This document shows, piece by piece, positions 51,170 through 61,275 of a stretch of 64,000 nt of DNA. Position 1 is the stretch's first letter. Each line of letters begins with the position of its first letter. This DNA comes from Eledone cirrhosa (lineage: Eukaryota). The notes under the pieces were generated by a model that worked only from the letters and a program-made list of their open reading frames with translations, had not been told where the DNA came from and searched no databases. Location of the stretch: contig OZ024742.1 of assembly GCA_964016885.1 (NCBI GenBank), positions 219,542,001 through 219,606,000 of the forward strand, in the 5' to 3' direction. Position numbers and translations under genes: made by a program.

Positions 51170-53640
51170 AGATTTGTAAGAGAAAGATTTCTTACATTTT
51201 ATAGTTAAAAAACTTCCCTCCTCTGTGTATTGGGTGTGTCTTTTTAATCGATTGCTAGTGATAAAAGATTTCCCACAAATTTCACAATAGGGTCTCTCCC
51301 CAGTGTGTCTACGTATGTGAATTACATAACTAGAATTATCAGAAAATGATTTCCCACATATTTCAGTGATAGGGCTTTTCTCCAGTGTGTCTTCGTTTAT
51401 GGACTACAAGATTACAATTAAATATGAATGACTTCCCACATACTTCACAATGATAGGGTTTTTTTCCAGTGTGTATTCTTTTGTGGTTTATTAGAGCACT
51501 ACACGAGACAAAAGATTTCCCACATATTTTACAATGATAAGGTTTTTCTCCAGTGTGTATTCTCTTGTGGTTTGTTAAAACACCATTGGAGACAAAAGAT
51601 TTTCCACATACTTCACATCGATAGGGTTTTTTTCCAGTGTGTATTCTTTTGTGGGTTATTAAAGCAGTACTAGAGACAAAAGATTCTCCACATATTTCAC
51701 AATGGTAGGGTTTTTCACCAGTGTGTATCCTTTTGTGGGTTATTAAATCACCATTAGATGTGTAAGATTTCCCACATAATCCACAACTGTAAGGCTTTTC
51801 TCCAGTGTGTATTTTTTGGTGTGTTTTTAAAGCACCATTAGAGACAAATGATTTCCCACATATATCACAACAATATGGCTTTTGTCCTGTGTGCCTACGT
51901 CTGTGCACTATAAGATTAGAATTATCTGCAAAAGATTTCCCACATATATCACAATGAAATGGTCTTTCCCCAGTGTGACTACGTTTATGAACTACAAGAC
52001 TAGAATGAACAAAGTATGATTTCCCACATATTTCACAATGAAATGGCTTTTCTACAGTGTGTATTCTTTTGTGTTTTGTTAGGAGACTATTTGCTATAAA
52101 TAATTTCCCACATATTTCACAATGATATGGTTTTTCTCCAGTGTGTATCCTGATGTGGTTTGTTAACCGATTATTGAGGATAAATGATTTCCCACATATT
52201 TCACAATGATAGGGTTTTTCTCCAGTGTGATAACGCTTATGAAGTACAAGTGCGTAATTAACAGAGAATGATTTCCCACATATTTTACAATAATAAGGTT
52301 TTTCACCAGTGTGACTACGTTTATGGATATCAAGATTACAGTTATCAGAATACGATTTCTCACATATTTCGCAGTAAAGTCGCTTTTCTCCAGTGTGCAT
52401 TTTTCTATGCTTTGTTAAGACACCATTAGTGATAAATGATTTTTTGCATATTTCACACTGGAAAAGTTTTTCTCCAGTGTGACCACGCATGTGGATGACA
52501 AGAGAATTACTATTGAATAATTTCCCACATATTTCACAGTGAAACAAGTTTTCTCCAGTGTGTATTGCTCTATGTTTTGTTAGTACACTATTTGCCATAA
52601 ATGATTCTCCACATATTTTACAATGATAGGGCTTTTCTCCAGTGTGTAATCTTTTATGAACGACAAGTTTATAATTAGCAGAGAATGATTTCGCACATAT
52701 TTCACAACCATAGGGTTTTTCTCCACTGTGTATTATTTTGTGTCTTGTTAAAACACCATTAGATGTGTAAGATTTCCCACATATTTCACAATCATAAGGC
52801 TTTTCTCCAGTGTGTACTATGTTATGTTTTTTTAATTGACTATTAGAGGTAAAAGATTTTCCACATATTTCACAGTCATAAGGGTTTTCTCCAGTGTGTA
52901 TTTTTCGTGTCTTATTAAATCAGAATTAATAGGGAATGATTTCTGACATATTTCACATCGAAACAGTTTTTCTCCAGTGTGCATTCTTTTGTGTTTTGTT
53001 AAATATCTATTACAGCAAAACAATTTCCCACATATTTCACAATGATAAGGTTTTTCTCCGGTGTGACTACGTTTGTGGACAACAAGAGTCGATTTCTGAG
53101 GGAAAGATTTGCCACATATCTCGCAGTGAAACAGTTTTTCTCCAGTGTGTGTTCTTTTGTGTTTAGTTAAATTACTGTTAGAGACCAAAGATTTGCCACA
53201 TATTTCACAATAGAAGAGGTTTTTCCTGTTGTTTATTGTTTTGCGCATGAAAAGTTCAGGTTCAGAAGGGAATCTTTTTGGACAAATCTCACAACTATAT
53301 TCAGAAGTATTTTTGTGTAATGATTTTTTATTTGTAATTGTTTCATTAAGTAAAAGTCTCTCACCACCGTATGTCTGTATACCAGAACCTATACTGTCAA
53401 AACCAGTAGTGTTAGAAATGTCCAAATGATTAATTGTTTCTACTTTTGGCACAAGGCCAGCAATTACCCAGTGCATTACTGGTACTTTATTTTATCGACC
53501 CCGTAAGGATGAAAGGCAAAGTTAACCTCGGCAGGATTTGAACTCAGATCATAAAGGGACGTAACTCTATGCTGCAAAGCATGGCGTCCGACCCTCTACC
53601 GATACTGCCAATCCACCGCCAAATGATTAATGCCATCCAT
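51170..53640 (-). pseudogene. Tandem C2H2 zinc-finger gene (~24 fingers), disrupted
   Basis: Repeated CEICGKSF....L..H.R.HTGEKP. Reconstructed start ATG at 53640 (MDGINHLDISN). SINE at 53435-53620, 1-bp frameshift in an A-run at ~52903, 2-bp deletion creating TGA at 51363, degenerate fingers beyond. Confidence 0.9.
53435..53620 (-). mobile_element. tRNA-derived SINE (family S1) inserted in the ZNF coding region
   Basis: A-box TGGCAGTATCGG, B-box GAGTTCAAATCC, core GCCTTTCATCCTTACGGGGTCGATAAAAT. TSD CCAAATGATTAAT at 53422-53434 and 53619-53631. Confidence 0.92.
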
Positions 53641-54261
53641 ATTTATCCTCGAGGATTTCTTCAAAGTTGGAGGAAGAGAAAAGATGCAATAATGGGGATC
53701 ATAAAAATGTGAGTTCCTGAATTATCGAAACGAATAAGTAAATGTTCCAAAATAAACTAAGCAACCCTTCTCTTCCTTCGAAACGCTTTTCAGTTCTGTT
53801 TTGAACATCTTGAGAAAAAATTATTATTATTATATAGTGTCAGGTTTTGTACGAGTGACATACACACACACACGTGTGTGTGAAGAAGCCTAACTAACAA
53901 GTAAACTATTAAAAACTATACAAAAATGTTAAGTGGCATGTGTATAATTTACCTACTTGAAGCATTCATTTATCCCATTCAGCAATTTAGGAAAGTCAAG
54001 TCAGATTCCAAGATTGTTAGAGTATAATCTTGTAGTATTAAATTTCTCGTCTTAGAAATCACAGGCATCTATTATAATTGGTATTAGAAATCAATTATAA
54101 CAGTTATAACGGAATTAGATGAAGTTAATAATGAGTAGACGGTGTTTTTGAAAATGTTTCCCTCCCCTGAATAACACCGGTGACATGTTCTGAAACGATC
54201 CCCTATTTTCCGTTAACATTTTTTGATATTTCCATGTATCTCATGTAAAAGTCGACCTTAG

Positions 54262-54325
54262 TTCAGGATAAAATCTTGATTCACAAATGTTGATCAACAT
54301 TTGTGAATCAAAATATTATCCTGAA
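54262..54325. repeat. 64-bp near-perfect loopless palindrome
   Basis: TTCAGGATAA..TTGATTCACAAATGTTGA|TCAACATTTGTGAATCAA..TTATCCTGAA. Confidence 0.92.
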
Positions 54326-54905
54326 TATAAATGATACTGTGAGGAAATGAATTTTTCTCCTTCCAATTCTGAAACCGGCTGGATAATCCAGAGTTGATGG
54401 GAAGAGCCCAGATGGTCTTACCCTTTGTCTATGGGTAGATATCTCATCTGGGACGTCACACTCTTTTGCTCAATGCCACATCCTAGATGCTGAGGGTCAC
54501 TGCTTCCGTATCGGAGGTGAATACAATTTTAAAGTAGCGGAATTTATCGGTAAACCATTTTTTCCAGCATGTTGCGAACGAGACGTTTGGGGAAGCTGGC
54601 TGCTGACAGCGAAGTTTTTGTCATTGTCGTTGTACCGAACTGTCAGGTGATGTCCGTGAAGGTGCTTGGTTGTTTCAGTGCCCTGAGCTCACCATCACCT
54701 GCGGTAATGCTGCGAGCGTGTTTGGCTTGCTTAAAAAAGTTCCGATGTCCTTTGTGGTGTGTGACCGATTGGCGCACTTAGTCTTCAACTAATGCTTTTT
54801 TCCCTATTTTTTTTTTCGCTTTGGTTAACTCAACAAATAAATACTTACCAATGTACTTATCAAATAACTTGGCCTTCTAATTAATTTTAGGGACAGAGAA
54901 CAACG

Positions 54906-55388
54906 TGAAGTGAAGTTAGTGGTTGTTGTGGAAGGGGATGATAAACACGAAAAACAACAATTTTGGTTAGATATAATACTTTACTTCACTTCAGTTAAAA
55001 AGGGGAAAAGAATATGATTACTTCGAATCATAAAAATACAGTTTGATGGTAGCACTCACAAATGAATACAGTGTTAAAAAGAAAAGCTTCTGTTTGTCTA
55101 TATGAAGACGCAGATGATTGTCTGTGGCTGAAGTGCTGATGTTAGAATTGCTGTCGGGCCCTTGTCGACAGAGCCGAAGTCATTTTGCTAAGTGCTTCAT
55201 CTCGCTATTTGCTTGAGCAGGTCGAAGTGATACTTCTTTTCCGAGTTACCAGAGTTGAATGAGAGAAAGAAAAATCTTATCTCACTTCACCTCAAGCTAA
55301 CCAGCCAGTCCAGACAAATGAGACCAACCGAGATAAAGAGAAATAGCAGCTATTCAGGGGTCAGAGTGCGTGAAGAGATTTCGCTACA
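54906..55388 (-). mobile_element. Probable solo LTR (unrelated family)
   Basis: 483 bp with TG...CA ends, flanked by 4-bp direct repeat AACG at 54902-54905 and 55389-55392. Minus strand starts TGTAGCGAAA. Confidence 0.55.
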
Positions 55389-55551
55389 AACGTAGGTTTC
55401 GATGGCAATCGACACAAAAAAAAAACAAGCAGCCAATCCCTGGTATTTAGCTAATTTCTGTTCCATGCATTGCGTGCAGCGTTTCCCAGGTTTGGTGGCC
55501 GAAGGGAAAGTGTCATAACATGCAGTTTCCCAGATGAAGGATTTACCCCTC

Positions 55552-55850
55552 TCAAACGTCTAGAAAGTTCACCACTCTATGATTAGACTTAATAGTTATG
55601 GTGAGCCCCAAAGTTTTGAAAAACCTATGTAATTGCTTATTAAGATTGTCGATCCTGCGTTGATTATACTTCTTAAAATTAAATAAAAGCATCGTTTCTA
55701 TACAAACCACCCCATAGAGCAGGAATCTCTTCCTTGTGTCTATGTAGTAAATCCCCCATCCTGTGTAAGGTGGGAATTGAATTTCGGATATATTCTGCTT
55801 CAATTTAATACGTTTGATTAATCCTCTGAAGATGGAAAAGTTCAAATATA
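55552..55850 (-). mobile_element. Penelope-like RT fragment (Naiad-like)
   Basis: IDNLNKQLHRFFKTLGLTITIKSNHRVVNFLDV. Confidence 0.7.
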
Positions 55851-57615
55851 TCTATATCATTTTGTATGTCTAACACGAGACTGTTTGTTATCCTTCCAAT
55901 GACGGATAATTTTGGAAGTATACCTTTGACACGGTGAGTGTCGAGGTAAATATAATCATAATTTAATTTTTATTTCAAATGTTTATAGTGTTTTTACAAA
56001 ATAATTGTTTCTACTTTAGGCACAAGGCCAGCAATTACCAGTACATTACTGGTACTTTATTTTATCGAGCCCGTAAGGATGAAAGGCAAAGTTAACCTCG
56101 GCGGGATTTGAATTCAGACTGTAAAGGGACGTAACTATGCTAGAAAGCAGGTGTCCAACCCTCTACCGATACTGCCAATTCACCGCTACAACATAATGTT
56201 AATTGAAAAGGAACAAGTAATTTAAAAAAGAGCAAAATATTTACCAGTGGTGTTATTATTTGATACTTTAGCTGATTTATAGTAATGATAGTGATATTTG
56301 TATCAACAGAGGTCACCAATATAGCAGTAAATTAATAGTCACCAGTTAACCGCTGAGGTTAACTTTGCCTTTCATAAAATAAAGTACTGGGTAATTGCTG
56401 ACCTTGTGCCAAAAGTAGAAACAATTATTAAATATTTATAATGTTTTTCTAATTATTTTGTAGTCATTTCTCATTTATTATTTTATTTATCAAATGTTAA
56501 TTTGATAACATTTCTAACATTAGTGTCGGTGGTGGTGGTGACGGCGACAGCAGTAGTAGTAGTAGTAGCAGTAGTCTGTCTAGTTTGAGGCAATGAAATA
56601 ACAGAAATGGTTAAGTATTGGCCTAAATAGCTTATAGATATAAACATCTTCCAAAGCCAGTGTTTTGAGGTGCAGCTCCCACTAAAAACGAATGAATACA
56701 AAATGATTTGTATTTTTGCTTCAGTGATGATTAGAAGCCGATTTTGTTTTTTGTGTAACAGAGTGATTCGGATGAGGGTTAGGGTTACTGTAAGATCTTC
56801 AAAAAGACCATTGTATGTACAACTGTTTATTGGATTTCTATTAACACAAAAAACTTAACAAATGTATGTACCTGATGACATTAAGTACAAAACATACCTT
56901 TTGGTGAAGCCAGCTCTTTATATATGAGCATTGAAGCAAGTATGAAGACTATTGTAGTAACATTCAAGACAAACCATTCGACCAAGCAAAAATGGATTGG
57001 TTCCTTGTTTTTCCTTTATAATTTAATTTTATTTTTATTCTCTCATAAAGTATTAAAAATTATATTCTTCTTAATAAGTCGAAACAAATATTATTGCAGT
57101 ATTAAATTTGTTTCTTTCACAAAAGATGAATGAAACAAATACACACCCACTCATACCCATATGTGTTTGTGTGTATGTACTCAGCATGGTCACACAGTGT
57201 CACTTTATCCAGAAATCGAGAAGAATTGAGTATATCATCTTCCTATAGAAAATACTAATATGCTACTACAACTGTCCAAAGACATGATAGTACATAGATT
57301 GTACTGGTAAGGTCATGTGATCTATAGTATAGTGTAAAATGTTAGAGGGAAGGTTGTATTGGTAAGGACATATGACTACACACAAAGGATGTCAAATCTA
57401 CACAAGAAGAAGACTGAGTAAGATGTTTGATAATAATTCTTTCTACTTTTGGCACAACGCCAGCAATTATCCCAGTGCATTACTGGTGCTTTATTTTATC
57501 GACCCCATAGTGATGAAAGGCAAAGTTAACCTCGGCAGGATTTGAACTAAGACCGTAAAGGGCCATGTCTCTATGCTGCAAAGCATAGCGTCCGACCCTC
57601 TACAGATACTGCCAT

Positions 57616-59020
57616 AATGAAATTATTGTGTACAGTGCTCAGGTGCACTACAACTCATCAAAGGTGCATGCATAGGATATAGAATAATGTACAAATGTCA
57701 GGAAAGTGAACAGTGTATGAGTCATGATATACACACAGATACATGTATGCACGTGTATGGAGGTAGAATATCAGGTGGCGAATTTCGGGAAGCATGGAGG
57801 TTTTGAAGGATGCAGTGTCCCAACAGCTAACAACTGATGCAGGTAGTATGTTCCATGCTTCAGCAACTCTGAACATGAAAAAATGTTTCCAAAAGTCATG
57901 GGAGCTGTCCTGTTTTCTGATTTGTAGGCATGCCCATGGGCGTTAGACACATGGAATTCAAAAAGGTGCTCAGGGTTAATAATTTTGTTGGTGTTTATTA
58001 AGTCAGTTGCTAAACGTCGGAGCTTCAATGTATCCATGCTCGGGGAAGCAAGGTGTTCAGAGTATGGTAGATACCTGATGGAGGGTATTTGCTTGGTTGC
58101 ATGTCTCTGAACAGTTTCCAGGAAATCAATATTCTGAGCAAGATAGGAGTTCCAGACTGGTGATGCAAATTCTAAGTGGCCTCATCATAGCTATATATAG
58201 CTTTAAATAGATAACTGGAGAGTGGCTGACAAAATTCTTACTGAGTGATGCTAAGACACCTTCGGCCTTCTTGACAATTTTAGAGATGTGCTTTGTCCAA
58301 CGCAAATCCAGGTCATATTCACAAGAAGACTTCTTGAGGTTAATGTTGTGGAGGGAGTATGTGACCGCTGGGTTTTTCCTCCCAAAATGCATGGTGGTAC
58401 ACTTGTCCACAGCCAGCTTGAGTTGCCAGTCTGTGATCCATTGTTGCATTGTGTCCAGGTCTGATTGCAGGAAAGATCTTCAGTGTTCAGGATATGTCTC
58501 CTTTTTATCTCAATGTCATCTGCATATTTCAGTACTATGGCATTATTTAAGTTGGCATCTATGTCATTAATCTGTGCAACAAACAAAAGGGGACCAAGAA
58601 CAGATCCCTGTGCTACACCAGATGACATCTCATAGGGTGAAGACTGCTGTCCTAGAACCATGTCTACCTCTTTTCGACTGAGAATGAAGGACTTCAACCA
58701 ATTATAAAGATCATCTCTCACACCCATTGCAGAGAGTTTTGTCATAAGTCTTTTGTTGGCACAGAATTAAAAGCTTTAGCAAAGTCAAGATAAACAATAT
58801 CCACACATGAACCACCATCAGTGATCCAGGTAATGTCTTCAAGAAACTCAATGAGTTGATCACTGCAGCTGGAGTTAAGGATAAATCCAAATTGCAAGGG
58901 CTAGATAAGGCTGTGAGAATTCCAGAAGTTCCAGAGTGTTTCTCTGACACAGAATTCCATCATGAAGTGGTAACATCTGATCCCTGGATCTCTGGATGCT
59001 GAACCTCCATACAACCTATA
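57616..59020 (-). mobile_element. CR1-like LINE fragment (duplication copy)
   Basis: Same motifs as 16298-17700. Confidence 0.88.
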
Positions 59021-59418
59021 TCACACATCCTTCAGGACCAACATGAGCCACTTTACAAGAGTACCTAGTCTCTAAATGTCCCTCCTCACTCATGTTTCTC
59101 CTGCTGATGCTGTTTTACAGATGTTCAGGCTGAACATAAACTGTACAACTCACACCAGTCTGAGAGAGCTTGCTGTGATCATAAGACCTGTTCCTTCTAT
59201 TTAACTGACTAAACAATAAAGACTAAAGTTTACACAATCAATCACAAATACTCAACTTGTGTATATTTTACAAACCACAGTAAGATAAAAGGATTTGAAC
59301 TTCAATCATTTGGACTATTGAATATTCTATACACTTGTATTTTACTAGCGGAACCCCTGCATATTGTTTTGATGCAATCATTTATAGGGCCTTGCTAGCA
59401 GAGGGAACTAACATTAGT

Positions 59419-59451
<33 letters not shown>

Positions 59452-60409
59452 CCATAACATTTCACATATGACATGGTTCCTAATAACCACTGTACAAAAT
59501 GTATTTTATCATGGTATTAATACTGGAGAGGTTGTAACGTTCACAAGAAAGACTAAAGTGTCTTTTCTACCTTAGATTGTTCCCATTTGATAGGCAACCA
59601 CTTTACAGAGTGTACTGGGTGAGCTTTATTATAGCATTTGCACCATTGAAGATGCTATGATTTCAGTAAGGTTAAAGAATCCTCTTCGCTTAACATTGTC
59701 TCTCTTCATTCAAGTAAAACAGTTATTCAAGGAAAGCAGTTTTAGGAATGAGAGATTAATAATGGAGAAAGCAATGGGAATGAAACAATGATGGTATTAG
59801 TAATTGTGGGCCAATGTCTGTGTGTCTGTGTGTGTCATCAAGACTGTGTGTGTTTGTTAATCAGTGTATGTGAAAAAATAAATAAAAAAAATTGTGAAGT
59901 TATTTAAGTTTAACAAACCAACAAAAGGAAAGTTTCTACTTATTTAACGCTTGGACAACGTTTGACAACACTGCTAGTGTAGCTGTAGCTATGTGTGTGT
60001 GTAAATATTGCTGTTGGAAAATTTTGGTCTGGCAGCCCTTGTCAGTGGAGGCACGTAGACTAGTGGTAATGGTGTTGGACTTGCAATCATAATATTGTAG
60101 GTTCGATTCCTGGACTGGTTTGAGTGTTCTGTTCTTGAGCAAAGCACTTAATTTCACATTGCTCCACTATACTTAGTTGAAAATGAGCACTGCCAGCAAT
60201 AGTCTTGTAATCTCAGTGATTTCATGCCAGGGAAACTGGGATAAGCACCAGCCTGATCAGACTCTAGGCAATAGACAGACTTTAGAACCATTTCTACAGT
60301 GATGAAACTCCCAACCTTTCTTCTTCAGGCATATTGTACCTTGGACAATACTATACAAAATGTCTTTTTGGTATTATTATAGAACATCCACTTTGATTTC
60401 TGTGGGGAA

Positions 60410-61267
60410 ATATTTTTTTCCTTATTTTTTTCCCACGTGTTATCAACTAATCAGACCACCAAGATGCTCGCAATCACTCTTTTATTCCATTTTTGCATGT
60501 TATCAACAAATATGATCTCCAAACCAGTTGGAAATGACTGGCTTCGTAGAAAAAGGAGAGGGAAATGGGATGGAAAGACCATCAGTTTCCCAAATCTACA
60601 TTCCTCTTGCATTTGATTGGAAATAATTATTTTTCTTCATTTTTTTTTTCAAGTGCATCATCTAATTTGACCTCCAAGATACTCACAATTGACTTTTTTT
60701 CCAGATAAGGGTTAGGGTTTGGTCAGATTAATTGATAGCACACGAAAAAAAAAGAAGAAAAATAATTATTTCCAACCAAATGCAAGACGAGTGTAGATTT
60801 GCGAAACTCCGATGGTCTTTTCCGCCCCCTTTCACCCTTCTTTTTCTACAAAGTTAATCGTTTTTGACTAGTTTAGAGGTCATATTCATATATAATATGT
60901 GAAAAAAAAGCGCATTGAAAACTCAGCGGAGGGGGTTATCCGGAAAAGGAACACCACCTCCACCCCTCCATTTTCTTGGAAAAAAAAGTCCATTGTGAGC
61001 ATCTTGGAGGTTAGATTAGTTGATTGTACACGAAAAAACGGAAACATTTTTTTTGATATTATTATTATTGAATAATTTTTGGGGAAACATGTCGGAAACT
61101 ACAAGATTTGTAGAAAAAAACGAGAATGAAAAGGGCATAAAGACCTTTGGAGTTTCGCAGATCTACACATTTGGAGGGAAATAATTATTTTTCCTCGATT
61201 TTTTTTCCTAGACCTCTTAGATGCTCGCATGGACTTTATTCCAGTCTTAGGGTTAGATTTAGGGTTA
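60410..61267. repeat. Multi-arm foldback (inverted-repeat) element with TTAGGG-like loops; counterparts at 19135-19518 and 35123-35270
   Basis: ~60545-60672 is the inverted match of ~60721-60850 around a loop containing AGGGTTAGGGTTT. ~60425-60490 is the inverted match of ~60977-61040. Confidence 0.75.
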
Positions 61268-61275
61268 CATGGCTT

